Shown: positions 1 to 12,329 of the stretch, in pieces
Layout: each line of letters begins with the position of its first letter
Position numbering within the stretch: position 1 is the first letter of the stretch
Assembly (NCBI GenBank): GCA_964187785.1
Contig: OZ076409.1
Location: 34,226,001 to 34,290,000, forward strand
Length of the DNA: 64,000 bases
Source: Amphiscolops sp. MND2022
Lineage: Eukaryota
Reading direction: 5' to 3'
Notes under the pieces: model-generated
Seen by the model: the letters and a program-made list of their open reading frames with translations, nothing else
Told to the model about the DNA's origin: nothing
Databases searched by the model: none
Made by a program: the position numbers and the translations under genes

Positions 1-2046
1 AGCTTTCACAGGTCCAAGTGGGATAGTGGGCGATTTGTTCAGAGCCATGACACAAGTGCAATCGCGGAACCCACAGGTTCCACATCGATATCGAGGTACT
101 CGATTCCGGCGTAAGCCATAGTGTGGGTTAACCTGCGTTGCGCCTTGGTCAACATCGGATGTAAGGTGCGCGGTGGGCGCATCAGAGTCAGAATCGGATG
201 TAATTGATGGCTGTGTGTCATTTTCACGAGCTGTTTGCCGTGAAGAAATAGTGTGTCCTCGTGGCCTCCGAGGAGGTCGTCCTCGAGGACGTCCTCTGCG
301 ACTGGGAGTCCTTTGAGCGCGCACGCTCACGTTCTGCGACCGGGAATTTGTTGCTCGTGTCGAACAACGAGATAGAGCAGCTCGCGATCTGCCCCTGCCA
401 CGCGTGCTAGGGACATTGTTCCGAGCAGTTGGCTCCTTGGTGTTGGATAACTCGGTGTCACGGGTTTCAGTGTTTTGGAGGTTGGAGGTACCATTCGGCA
501 ATTGGGGAGTACTAATAGGCACATCCGTCAATGTAGGATTTGTCAACAGAGGAGCAGATGTACCCGCTAGTGATACTTCGGCTTCTCCAGTTGCAACGGG
601 AATATCTTGCGATTGAGGTACTTCCGGAAAAACTTCAGATTCGGATAAAAATGGAAGCTCATCGGCAGGTTCAAATGACCGAGGTTGTTCATCGGGAGGC
701 ATTGAGGCTTCGAATAGCGCCGGAGGTTCTGCCTGGGAATGATCTCGGGCATCTGACAGCAAGTCGTCAGAGCGCGAACGCTCTGGGTCGGAACTGGAAT
801 AATCAAATTGCTGATAGTGGAGACGACTGCCTCCAGCTCGCATTCTAGTACGCAACCTGGTGTCCATCCAGTGGCGTCTCCTTGATGGTAGCGATACATC
901 TGATGCTTCAGAGAGCGGTTCTTCCTCGCGACATGAGGGTTGTGAGCAGTCATCTCGGATCTCCTCAGCAGAGTGCTCAGGCTCAGGATCCATGACAACG
1001 ACCACTTCGCCACTCCCCGAGGGAAGCGCAACAAACTCCGTAGGGCCACCATGATGAGGTTTCAGCCGCTCAAAGTGCACTTTTTGTCCTGAGTCCAGGA
1101 TATAGACGCGGCCATCTTGTAGTACATGGACAACCTTGTGCGGACCACGCCAAGCTCTCATCAACTTCGGTGATCCTTTTTGAGGCACATAGCGGCAGAA
1201 TACCCAAACGGGGTCTCCCACATTGTATGCGTTTGCACGAATAGCTCGATCATATTTTAGTTTTTGACGTTGTTGCGCCTGATGCGTGTTTCTACGCACC
1301 AAGTCATGAATTTCTTGCTGACGAGCAAGAATATGCTCCACATAAGCTCCGTGCGATTCAAATGATCTGGCTGCGAACTCCGGATACAGATAGGTGAGAG
1401 GAATAGCCTTTTCGGTCCCTCGGGTCAGCATGTAGGGTGAAAACCCAGTCGTGGCGTGGCGCGTTGAGTTATACGCTCCCATGACTTCATCCAAATGCTG
1501 GTCCCAATCTCTCATGCGACGCGAGCAGAATACCCGCAACAAAGTCAGCAAAGTCCGATTTTGTCGTTCAACCAGGCCTTGGGTGCGCGGGTGACCCGCC
1601 GTAGAGGTAACTTTTGTGACCTGAGATGCCCTCATGAACTCATTGGATACCTCTGCAGTCAAGTTGGGGGCATTGTCTGATTGCATCCGCGTAGGCGTGC
1701 CGTGTCTGGCAAACCATTTCTGCAAAAGCAACCTAGACGTGGTCACTGCATCGTAATCCTCATGGCTGCAGGGTACAGCCTCCGCAAACTTGGAGAAATG
1801 GTCAATTATTACCAATATGCCGGTGTTATTGTTATCGGAGGGGCATATTTTCAGATGGTCATACTGGACCAACTCATTGAAATACCCACTTTGGATATTT
1901 TTCAAGTGAAACCGAACGTCACCCGGCCTGTCACGTACTTGCTGGCACGTGAGGCACTGACTCACGTACTGACCAACACTGCGGCGAATACCTGGCCAGG
2001 TGTGGCGTTCTTGGATTCGCGAAACCACCTTTGCAAGGCCTTGGTG
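1..2046 (-). CDS. Integrase region of element 1 pol with long C-terminal tail (partial, open to window edge)
   Basis: Hand translation from 2046: HQGLAKVV...CLTC (zinc finger), QYDHLK...IIDHFSKF, QSDNAP, GLVERQNRT (DDE core), WRGPHKV (GPY/F). Frame appears stop-free to base 1, so it is missing from the ORF track; separated from RT-RH by a frameshift near 2047. Confidence 0.88.
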
Positions 2047-4679
2047 GCATCGTGAGCACGAAACAAAATTTCATGCTGGTACAATTGTGGCATTACAATC
2101 ATGCACGGACGTTCGTGCAATGGACGTTGCTGAGGTGGATACTTAACACAAAGAATTCCATTTTTGTTTACAAACAGAAGATCTTTTTTCTGCTTGTAAT
2201 AGTTACGTGCGAACGCACGCACGTCTTCAGGAAAAATGTCATGATCAATAGACTCTTGTGCTACCAACTTCTTTATGGCTAGCACATGCACATCACGATT
2301 CTGTGCCAAAAGCAGATCCTTGATGCCATGCACCGTGTTCGCATGTTCATGAAGTTCCGTGTCTATGTCTTTGATGGCTAGGGCAGCTTGCCTAACCACA
2401 GTTGGAGCGGAAGCCATGGCTTGCTCCACTGTTTCGTCAAGGGCATATGTCATGCGTGAGGGGATATTTGCCACATGTGTAGGCAGCAAGTAATCTTGCC
2501 TAGCCTCTTCAGTGACGTCAATCCAGTCCTCAGGATAATCTGGATAGAAGTCTTCGTGAGTCTGCAATGTAGGCACTGGTGCCTCAGGTAGAGGAGCGCG
2601 TAGCGCCCTCTCCCTTTTCTCAGCGGCCTGGCGGCGCTTACGCCGTCGTGCAACTCGACAAACTGCATTTTTGGGGTCTGGTTTAGTGTTCCGCAAGTGA
2701 GCGGGCAATTGGGGGTGATTGGGTATCACCCGACCATGCAAATCGAACCAAGGTGCAACGGGCAGCTGGTCAAACTCCTCCTGTGAGAGGAAATTCCATT
2801 TGTCCGTTACAGCTGGCAGCTTCTCGAGCTGCTTCTCTCGCCACCGATAATCATTGGTTCGTTTACTGAGACCATCGGCATTCCTATGCTGTGTTCTGGG
2901 ACGATGCTCCACTTTGAAATGGTACTTCTCGAGTGCCATAATCCATCGTCCAATCAAGGCCTGATCAGTGGAATACGTTTTGAGCCAAGAGAGAGCTTGA
3001 TTGTCAACCCGAAGGGTGAACTTTCTGGAGCAGAGATAACTGTGATTCTTTAAGATGAAATAATAAGCTGCGTACATTTCAAGCTTGGGAGCGCCATACT
3101 TCGCTTGAGTGGCATTCAACTTCTTGCTACCATACACAATTGGTCTCAGGCGCTTTTCGCCCGGAGGACCCTGCCACTGATGCAAAATGCCGGAAATTGC
3201 AACAGCACTGGCATCAGTGTCCAGCACAAATTCGCCCTCCGAGTCCGGTTGCGCCAAGGCAGTTGCCTCAATAAAAGCCAATTTGACGGCGTTGAAAGCC
3301 TGTTGCTGCTCATCCCCCCAGGCGAAAGTTGCGCCCAGGCCGGTAATAGCATGCAAGGGGGCCACAAGCTTGGCGTGCCAAGGAATAAACTCTCGATAAT
3401 AGTTGGCGAAGCCCAAAAAGCTCTGCATCTCCGTTTTGTTGCTCGGGACTTCCCAATCGCGTAGTTTTGCCACTGCTTTAGGATCAGGTTTGATACCTTC
3501 GGCAGAGACCACACGTCCCAGGTACTTGATTTCCGACTTCATAAAGTCGCACTTAGCGACTCTCATTTTGAAGCCAGCTTCGCGCAGACATTCAAATACC
3601 TCGCGTAAGCGTACCATGTGGTCCTCGACTGTCTCGGTAGCAATGACGATGTCGTCAATGTACGCCATCACCATGCTTCCTTCCCGGTTCACAATTTTTT
3701 GTAGCGCTCGCGCTATGGCTCGCTGGAAAGTAGCTGAAGCATTACACATCCCAAAGGGCATACGTCTCCATTCAAACAAACCCAGCTCGCAAGCAAAGGC
3801 CGTTTTCTGCCTATCTGCTTTGCGCACTGGTATCTGCCAGAAAGCCCAGGCCAAATCAATACTGGTGTAAATCTTGGCCTTACCCAAGCGTGAAAGGCTT
3901 TCATCGATGCGTGGGAGGGGATACGCATCCTTTATTGTGACAGCGTTGAGGGGGCGAAAGTCGCAGCAGAATCGCAACTCCCCATTTTTCTTTTTTACCA
4001 TCACAATCCCGCTCGCCCAAGGTGATAGCGAAGGTTGGATCATGCCCAAAGCCAGGAGATTGCGTACTTCTTGATTAGCGCGCTCCGCCTTGTCAGGAGA
4101 CATTCTACGAGCACCTTCACGATGCGGTACAGCCCCAGGCTCCAACTCAACAGGATGCTTGGCTATTGTGCAGCGACCAATGTCTGCTTTGTGCTTCATG
4201 AATAGGTCATCAAATTTCGTAAGGATGTTGTTCAGCGAGTCGCGGGCAGTCTTCCCCCACAACTTTTGTACCTCCTCTAACTGAGATTCGGGTCCAGGAA
4301 TAGGGGCCAAGAGATCAGGGTCAGTGCGCTTTCTGATCTCGCGCTCTGACAACCCCTCCTCCGATGGGTCTGTAGAGGAGAGAAACTCGAACTCCGACGA
4401 CGACGAACATCTTGAATGCGAGTTCAGGTCCATTTCAGAATAGACCCTGTTGACGAACTCATTTGGGGAGTCCGATTTTTCGTCACTCTCGCCTTTATGC
4501 GCTAGCACACTTTGGGGAACTGCATGGTAGACTAGGCGTACTGGTGCAGCAGTACCAAGCATGGTGCCGCACTTCACTTTCTGGGCATTGCTTGTCAGAT
4601 TGCCAACAGAGACATAGAACGAACCTGTCTCTCCAACAGTGGCTATAGTGTCTTCCACGAATATAGTGTTCTTCAGCAA
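1962..4679 (-). pseudogene. Element 1 pol: reverse transcriptase and RNase H; frameshifted at ~2047
   Basis: SPWASGIVMVKKKNGELRFCCDFRPLN, MPFGMCNASATFQR, AYIDDIVI, LDTDAS, RNADGLS; a small deletion at RAHDA/HQG shifts the frame before the integrase. Confidence 0.92.
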
Positions 4680-7055
4680 TCAGTTCGGTGTTGCAAAGTT
4701 AATCACAACATTACTGAAAGCGAAAGCTTCCAAGTTCGAAGTGACCAACTTAGCTCGTAAAACAGCACGTTCAAATGGCTGGAGCACTACGTCTTGATCC
4801 AAAACTACTGTGCTGCATAAAGCTTCGTCACTCGTCTGGGCGTGTGCGTGATGCCACACAGGCTTAGCCGGTGCTCGCACCACAATTTTCATGGAGGTCA
4901 GATCTACCAGCACGTTGTATGTTCGCAGAAAATTCCTACCCAGCAAGAAATCTTCCAAGCCATGTGCGTCATCAACGACCACGAAATTTGTTTCGAGTTC
5001 ATATCCACCAAGTTGAAAGCGCACACGCTCCGCTATTCCAAACGTTTTTATCGTCTTCCCATTAGCAGCATACAAGTCGATTCGATAAGGTTGTAGCGCT
5101 ACACCCGTCCGCAAGGCTACACGGTTGAAGGCTGAGAAACTCATGATTGATACGCCTGATCCCGTGTCGACCATTCCTCTCAGTGGAATAGGGTTGGCAT
5201 CTGGCACTGCAAAAGATACTACGAGCGACGCACGCTCATCTATGCGGGACTCACCTGTGGGCTCTTGCTTGCTGATGCTATAGCAGCGGAGTTCATGTGG
5301 CCCTAGACACACTCCTTGAGGGAACACATCTACTACCACGCTAGCATCAAATTTCATGTCCACGCCATCTATGTTGGCATGCACAGGAACTGGGGTGTAT
5401 GCCGTGCACGTACTAGCTTCGCCTTCAGTATACCATTCTTTTGGCAGTGGTAAGGAGATCTTTTTGACAGCCGAATTGCTAGCTAACTCCAGCTTCAATT
5501 TTTCCAAGGTCAAATCTGGGCGTATTTGTTGCTCCGAGGCCAGCACTAGGTGTACAGACAATAAAGTCCGGCCACTAGGGTCAAACGTTGTGGACTCCAA
5601 ACCTGTCTGCACCTGCTTTGTGCCACAGGTGACAGTCAATGGAGCTTTTACGGTGGATTGGTCAGCTGGGCGTAGCATTAATACCCTGCCAGAGGCAGTA
5701 GACAGGGTTTGCGTTGCATCCGTTTTCTTCTTTTCTTCAGCCCTAGGGCTGGAAGTTTCTGACTGGATTGATAATGTTGGGCAACCTGCAGACACCTCAG
5801 TTGTGCACGATTTCACTGGGACAGCAGGCGCTGGAACCGCTGCTGCAGCACCGTGCTGGGGCTCACTATGTGGGTCAAGAATATGCTCCGGGCGATGCAC
5901 CACCAGCTTGCGTCTCGCGCAAGCACTCTGCAAGCAGCGCGCGGATTGCTCTAAGGTTGCGGTCTGTCTGTATTCAGGGGTTGTGTGTACTGACGCAGCC
6001 GGCATCGGCAATCGCGCCGACCGGCGTGCAAGGGGTGGCAGCGATTCATACTGCGGAGCCACTGGTGACCCCGGCACTTGGTCGCTCTGTAGGTACTGAT
6101 AAGGTACAGTCTCGGTGCACCCTGGGTCACGAGGCTGTTGTTGGTGACGACTCCTTTGGAGTTCCTGTACAGTGAACCGAAGTGACTCCACGGTAGGTGG
6201 GTCGACTAGATACGCCTCAGTCGCAAACACTACCGTCAGTTCTCGTTGCAACACGGGATCGCTGACCCCATCCATGAACCGATGCAAGATTTCATAGCGT
6301 CGGGTAGTGATAGGCTCATCAGGAAAACCCTGACTCCTCAGACCCTCTAATGCATCTAGATACTGCATCAGGCCCTCTTTCTCAAGCTGATTCCGCAACC
6401 TGAAAGCCTGCCTCACTGGCCAGCGACTTTTCCCAGTCCCAAATCTGCTGGAGAGCAAGGTAGTCACCTTCTCGTGAGAATCCCGTTCGGACTCCGGTTT
6501 GTTGATTATAAAACTCCGAGCTTCATCACCTAAGTGATCGATTATCGCCCAGGCCTTGTCGACAGGTGAAGCATTGGAATAAACTCGCTCCAAATACCGT
6601 TTCATCACGAGCAACCACTCTTCAACAGTCCCGTCTTTCGAACCTCTGTATAAGGTTGGTCGAACAGCGGTTTGATCACGATTGGCAATCAAGGGAGCCA
6701 ACGCTTTAGTTATAGTTTTGGATATCGCCTCCGTGAATTTCAACTGTTCGGGAGATATTAATTCATCTTTTGGGTCATCAGTACCATGATTGCTCTCGAG
6801 CAACCCGCCTCGATCCCTAGGCGACGTGTGAGCCATGCCCATGGTTGCGTTGTTCAAAGATATCGAGGCCGGTTCATCGATTGGTTGTGCTGCGCTGGTC
6901 CCCTCTCCCCCCTTCAAAAAGAAGCAGAGGCGTTGGAATTGTTCCGAAGGTTTCATTCCAGCGTTAGATGTAGCAGGATGTGGCTCAAAGGAGTCTTTCA
7001 GCAAACTCGGTAGCAACTTCGCCTCCCAACCTCGAGAGATTTGGGTATTTTGCAA
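4680..7055 (-). CDS. Element 1 gag plus aspartic protease; in frame with pol across a single TGA at 4680-4682
   Basis: Gag capsid-like segment (YRGSKDGTVEEWLLVMKRYL...LSSRFG), protease MVDTGSGVSIM and FLLGRNFL; true start codon uncertain. Confidence 0.85.
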   Translation of the reverse strand: MQNTQISRGWEAKLLPSLLKDSFEPHPATSNAGMKPSEQFQRLCFFLKGGEGTSAAQPIDEPASISLNNATMGMAHTSPRDRGGLLESNHGTDDPKDELISPEQLKFTEAISKTITKALAPLIANRDQTAVRPTLYRGSKDGTVEEWLLVMKRYLERVYSNASPVDKAWAIIDHLGDEARSFIINKPESERDSHEKVTTLLSSRFGTGKSRWPVRQAFRLRNQLEKEGLMQYLDALEGLRSQGFPDEPITTRRYEILHRFMDGVSDPVLQRELTVVFATEAYLVDPPTVESLRFTVQELQRSRHQQQPRDPGCTETVPYQYLQSDQVPGSPVAPQYESLPPLARRSARLPMPAASVHTTPEYRQTATLEQSARCLQSACARRKLVVHRPEHILDPHSEPQHGAAAAVPAPAVPVKSCTTEVSAGCPTLSIQSETSSPRAEEKKKTDATQTLSTASGRVLMLRPADQSTVKAPLTVTCGTKQVQTGLESTTFDPSGRTLLSVHLVLASEQQIRPDLTLEKLKLELASNSAVKKISLPLPKEWYTEGEASTCTAYTPVPVHANIDGVDMKFDASVVVDVFPQGVCLGPHELRCYSISKQEPTGESRIDERASLVVSFAVPDANPIPLRGMVDTGSGVSIMSFSAFNRVALRTGVALQPYRIDLYAANGKTIKTFGIAERVRFQLGGYELETNFVVVDDAHGLEDFLLGRNFLRTYNVLVDLTSMKIVVRAPAKPVWHHAHAQTSDEALCSTVVLDQDVVLQPFERAVLRAKLVTSNLEAFAFSNVVINFATPN

Positions 7056-7789
7056 TTGCCCAAAAGAGTTCTCTGCAAATTTGGCGTAATATTCGGCGTT
7101 GGTGCTACTCGATACAGCGAAATAACACCAAAATGAGGCACCAGAGTGTTCAAAAAGGTGTCACACTCGGGCAATCCGCTCAAATTTGTCGTCACTAGGA
7201 AGTTGCTCCTCCCAAAATCTTGTGATTTTGGCTAAGTCGGAACACTCAGGGTCTCTTTTGGATATCGAAAACCCTGCTCCAGGTAACTCCTAGAGATTTT
7301 CGTTTGGAAAATGTAGTCCAGAGTGCGTCGCAGGCACTTTAAAACTGCTGCCTTGAACTGTTCAGGATCAAATTTCAAAGTTCCAGAGGAGTCCAAAATT
7401 TATGACCCCTGCCGGCAATTTTTTTGAACCGTGGGATTTGCCTCGTTTGCACCCAGGAAGGTCTACTGGGTCCGTTCCGTTGGAAAACGAAGGCTTTTTG
7501 GGTCTGCCTCCTGTACAGCGGAAGTATTGAGGATTTACACTGATAGTTTTTCTGGCGTTTTCGGGATTTTCGTTCAAAACGTGTGTCTGAACAAAGTCAA
7601 CTTCAGTTTTACCAATCGTACTGGGTACAAAATAACACAGCACGCTTCGTCAGCCACACAAGTCAGAAAAAAAACCTTCCGTAGCTGATAATTGCCTCCA
7701 GCTTCAAGCTAGAGCCTTTTTCAACTATTTTAGGATTTTTCAACTTTTTTCGAAAATCACTCAGATGGCTTTTACAAGTGCTGGAAACG

Positions 7790-10300
7790 TGGTATCGGGC
7801 TCAAAATTGGTCACGCGATCACACGTACAGCCAGCTACACTACAAAATTAATCAATGAGAATTCAGACCACTGGGCAAGATTTAGATCTGATACTGACGT
7901 TCCGTATCACCGTGTCTCAATATGCAGTGTTCTTCACGTGTCAACTCAGATTCCGGCAACCAGCAAAGAGCTCCCGAGCTCGTTTTTTCGGCAACAATAC
8001 GATAAACTTGCACTGATTACGATAGTGGGCAGCAATTTGGTCCCACTCTTTGAATAAGGTGTTCAGGCAATCCCACCAGACTTCGTAGAATTCGCCTTCT
8101 TGCGCACCTTCTTGTGCAGTTTGCTTTAGTCAATTTCTCAACAGATACAATACCAATTGACACCAAACTTGGTAGACGCTGTCAGTAGGCACCAATCACG
8201 CTGTTAGAGTAGTGAAATAGACGGTGGTAGGCTTGCAGGGGGTCTCCTCTAGGATTTGGCCCTCTGCTCGTCTCGGTGAGGACTTAAGAAAATTGATGTT
8301 TTTTCAACGTCCAAGATTTTTCAAAACACGTTCTAAGGCTCGTAGGTTGTTCAAATTTGCACAGCGCTCTTCCACAAGCACGGTGGGCCAGAAAACCAAC
8401 CTGGTTTGGGGCAAGAAGTCTCCAGTCACCCACAGGAAGAAATTCGAACAATTTTTGAATTTTCCAAAAATCGCACCACAACACTCAAGAGGCTCGTGTG
8501 TGCGCTAGAAGCGCCGTATCAAGCCCAAAATTGACCAGCAGATCTTAGGTACACGTAGGTGTACGAAAATGAACACAGAAATGAGCTGCACCCCTTCTAC
8601 ACAGTTTCACCTAGGTACAGACGTGCGGTACCACTATGTACCGAAATGCACTGTTTTTCACGTCTTTTTCAAGATTGCGGTCCACTGGAAGGAGCTAGCA
8701 AGCTCAAACTCTCTGCAGCAACGTAGGAACTAGCACAAGTTACGATGGTGGGCTGCAATATAGACCCACCCGTCGGCTAAGGTACCCGGGTTACTTGGAA
8801 AAATTAAGAAAAAACTGCCTTTTTGCGCACTTTTTTGGGCACCGCGTTTTTCCTATTTTCTCGACGAGTATCACACAAATCGGCACCAAACTTGGTAGTC
8901 TATGCCAGTGGGCACCTACAATGCCACTGATATGGTCGAATTGAAGCGCGAGCGCTTATTTGAGGTTTCGACCCACTATGTGCGTTATACACGAAAAAAC
9001 ACTGTTTTTGACGACTTTTTTCACAAATTGACCAAGAGGATCACCTCAGAAAGTGATACGGCGGGCAAAATGGGACCAACGTGTCGCCCCACTATCCGTA
9101 GCACTGGGATAAACCCTCAATTGGTTGTGCCCGTTAGGTATAAGGCACTGACAGTCCTGCAGTTTTGGATTTTTTCGGTCCTTTTACGCTTCTCTGAGGT
9201 CGAAACGTCAGAGAGCTTTTCTCGACTTTGGTGAGCGATACGCCCACCAAATTTTCGGCACTAACGTTAATTTTTGTGGTGGTTACGAAAATGCAACCAC
9301 TTTTTGGCTAGGGTTCGGGAATCGATGACCCGACCCTAGCTCAGAGACAGTCCGATTTTGTGGAAAATTGATCAAATTCAGTGCGTTTTTTCGCTTTTCT
9401 CAGCACTGAATGGGAGTTTTTACACGCGGTTTTCACCACCACGCGTTATTTTTGTGATAAAAACAGAAAATTAGAGCGCGGAAGCTCCTAGCTAACAAAA
9501 AGACAGAGTGCCCATGTGGTTTTAATTGTGTACTCAGACACTCCTGAAACTGACTAAATATCAAGGTTTTTCAACTTTTCTCAGCACTGAAAAGGAATTT
9601 TTGCACGCGGTTTTCACCACAATGCGTTATTTTTACTACAAAAACAGAAAATGAGAACGCGCGGGCTCCCAGGTCTCGAAAACACTGAGTGCCCCAGAGG
9701 TTTTAATGATGCACTCTGGCACTCCTGAAACTGGCCAAAAATCAAGGTTTTTCGACCTGTTCTCACCAAGAAAACGTTACAAACTCTCTTAAATCCTATT
9801 TTCGGTACTGTGGAGTGTGCCCCAAACTAATAGCAGCACGGAAGAGGCAATTACATCACAATCCAGCACTCTCCCAGTGGCATTTCATAGTGGTTTTTTG
9901 CCAATTTCGCCAAAAACCGGGTTTTTTCATGCAAAATGTGTCTCAAAAAGGTCTCCAACGGCCTTTCTGGTTGTCGTTACATTATGTAGCATAACCCTCA
10001 AGGTTTTGGGCTGCTTTCTATTCATTTTTGCAACTGCTGTGGCTAATACTTCGAGCGCTCGCGCTCGTACCAAGAAAAGTACTCAAAAATGCCAAAAATC
10101 ACGTTTTTGCGACTTTTGCACTAAAAATCGCACTTTTTTCACTGAAAACGGGTGCAAAAGCACACACTAAGTTGCAACAAGAGGAAACTAGGCTTACCAA
10201 ACAATTCCCCATCGAAAAAGGTTCATTTTCAAAATTTTCGCCCACCATGAGTCATTTGAGCGACACTTCTGGTCACTGGGGGTACATCTTCACCACGTTT
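7790..10300. repeat. Decayed ~180-bp-period tandem array in the leader of element 1
   Basis: Two clearly similar 181-bp units start at 9395 and 9576; CACCAAACTTGGTAG at 8161 and 8884 (723 = 4 x ~181); weaker CAAA(A/C/T)TT-type motifs at 7800, 8524, 8703, 9064 and 9245 fall in register. Confidence 0.6.
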
Positions 10301-10833
10301 TTTCTCCACATCCAGACCAGATAGAGACACGCGGTTTGGACCATTAGCATCGTCTGCTATTGCACTTGCTGTCCACCAAAAACCATGCCTCTAGGACGTC
10401 TCCACGAGAAATGGGAGTAGGAAGTAGGCAACACACGATTTGACCCCTCTGTCGCCTCGCTGGCTCGTGGCTAACCATCCACCAGTCACCTTCTTGCATG
10501 GCATAAAATGGCTGAAAACAGCTCAAAAAACCTGTTAAACACCCGTAGCCACGTGCTACGGTCCTCTACACCTGCAAAAAAGATACCCGCTGATGGGAAC
10601 CTTGCAATTTTAGACGATATCTGTCAACAAGTACCTGTTATCGAAATATACCAAAGGTATTCGGAAAAATCCCCCGAAATACAGGAAAAATACCAAAATA
10701 TAACGTCATATCATCTAAAAAATTTGGAAAAACTCTGGGTAAACGTCTCCTTCCAGAGTCCAATCGTTCTTGGCGTCCAATACCAGGGGGTCGGAAATTT
10801 CAAAACCATATAATAGGGCAGTAATCGGAAGCG

Positions 10834-10851
10834 ATCCCTCTGTGGTCGCCA
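10834..10851 (-). promoter_or_regulatory. Primer-binding site of element 1 (probably tRNA-Arg)
   Basis: Minus strand TGGCGACCACAGAGGGAT, complementary to a tRNA 3' end ...UCCCUCUGUGGUCG-CCA; the Arg assignment is from memory of tRNA-Arg acceptor ends. Confidence 0.75.
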
Positions 10852-10866
10852 AAAAATGAGGTCTCA

Positions 10867-11639
10867 TGTAACGGCAAGCAGTTATCGGTCGCTTAACACG
10901 TTAACAGAGGTGGAGGAACCTGCAGGAATGGGTGAATCGCTCGGGACAGGCGCCCATCGCCACAGATCCATTTTGCCTCCAGGGGTGAAATACGTCCCGG
11001 GGCCGCGGGTGCTTCGACGAATACTGTCCAACCTGTCCTAGTCTTTGATTGCTAATAGTAACGGGCATCTTTCTGACTCTCTAAAGACCACCGCTTAACT
11101 AGCATATAAAAACAATGCCAAGAATAAGGTAAATTTCCAGTTCCAGGGTGACATGTGAATAAGATCTAAAATTGGGGAATAAGATCTAAACTAGCGCTAG
11201 CGCTACTGAATGCAGCCAAAATCACTGAAAACACATGAAAACAGGCACGAATATGGCAAACCACACAGCTAAAAAGCTGGGGCGCAGGGGCTCCAAGCAC
11301 CAAACAAGGATCTTTAGGCGAAAAGACTCATTTTTACGGTTTCCGCTACATAGGGTAGCATAATGCTGAAAATCGATAAAACCGGTGTTAGCACCTCAAA
11401 AAGAGTCTATTTTCGGATGTTCTTGCCGTCTCTGGCTTCTGTCATGGCGGCGCGCCCGTATTTTTGCTCGTTCTTGCTCTTTGTTGTCGAAGTACCTGCC
11501 AATTTCGTGGAAACAGCGAAAAGAGCAATCACATGCTCAGTGCCACGTCACACATCGGATTAGAATTTTTGACAAAATTTCTGAACATGTCAAAGTTGCA
11601 AAATCGGTTGATATTGCTGTACCAGAGCTTGCCGTTACA
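10867..11639 (-). repeat. 5' LTR of element 1 (773 bp)
   Basis: Perfect 13-bp terminal inverted repeats TGTAACGGCAAGC (10867) and GCTTGCCGTTACA (ends 11639), TG...CA ends, next to the PBS; the partner LTR is outside the window. Confidence 0.75.
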
Positions 11640-12329
11640 ATTCCAAAAATGCTCGCTTGAACCGATCAGTTCGGACATAGCGTCATTCGCATTGAAAAAT
11701 TTCGGCAATGAGTTTATCATTGAAAATCCTAGAAAATTTGTATCAGCTGTCATGGTAAATTATATTTTTATCATTTAAGGAAAATCAACTTAAGGTATCA
11801 TAGTTTTATTCAGAGATTAAAATTTTTTCATTCATTTTTAGTTGACGTTTCATGGAATAAAACGCGATTGTTATAAAGGTACTCAGTTTTTTTAAAATCC
11901 CGTGGAAATGACCAACAAAAGTTTCACACAATTCTACAGAAATTTAAAAATCTTCCAAAATGTCCCTTTTATTTTAGTAACCTACATATTGGCATTCCTA
12001 ACCAAATGTGGGTTTTTCTGTCAGTGTTTCAATTTTTCTGGAAAATTTGAAAGTTCACAAAAGTTTTTTAATGTTTTCAGTTAGTAAAAATACTTTTTGG
12101 ACTTGTGTTTTTGGTCAGACTGCATTTTGTCGGAAAGATGTACCATTCACGGAAGTTTTTCTTGACTTTCCAGTGGGCGCAAAGTTTTTTTGCCAGTTTT
12201 CATGAAAATGGCCAATCAGACTCACTCCCGTATTTCAAACGTTTTCACGCCTTTTTAACGTAATTAACTCTTCAGTGGGAACCGAAATTCCCCTTTTTTG
12301 TCCTATAAACTCAGGCTGCGAATTGAATT

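Larger units (their letters stand above)
1..11639 (-). mobile_element. Ty3/Gypsy LTR retrotransposon 1 (3' part runs off the window start)
   Basis: Minus-strand order LTR, PBS, long leader, gag, protease (MVDTGSG), RT (YIDD), RNase H (DTDAS), integrase; PR-RT-RH-IN order is the Ty3/Gypsy arrangement. Confidence 0.92.

Noticed and set aside
4680..4682. Programmed stop readthrough between gag-PR and RT
   Set aside because: The TGA lies after the protease within a continuous domain, not at the gag-pol boundary, and the element has another lesion at ~2047; a nonsense mutation (e.g. CGA to TGA) is simpler
5356..6099. 247-aa plus-strand ORF and similar ORFs opposite gag, pol and UGT exon 1
   Set aside because: Antisense shadows of real coding frames with no independent motifs
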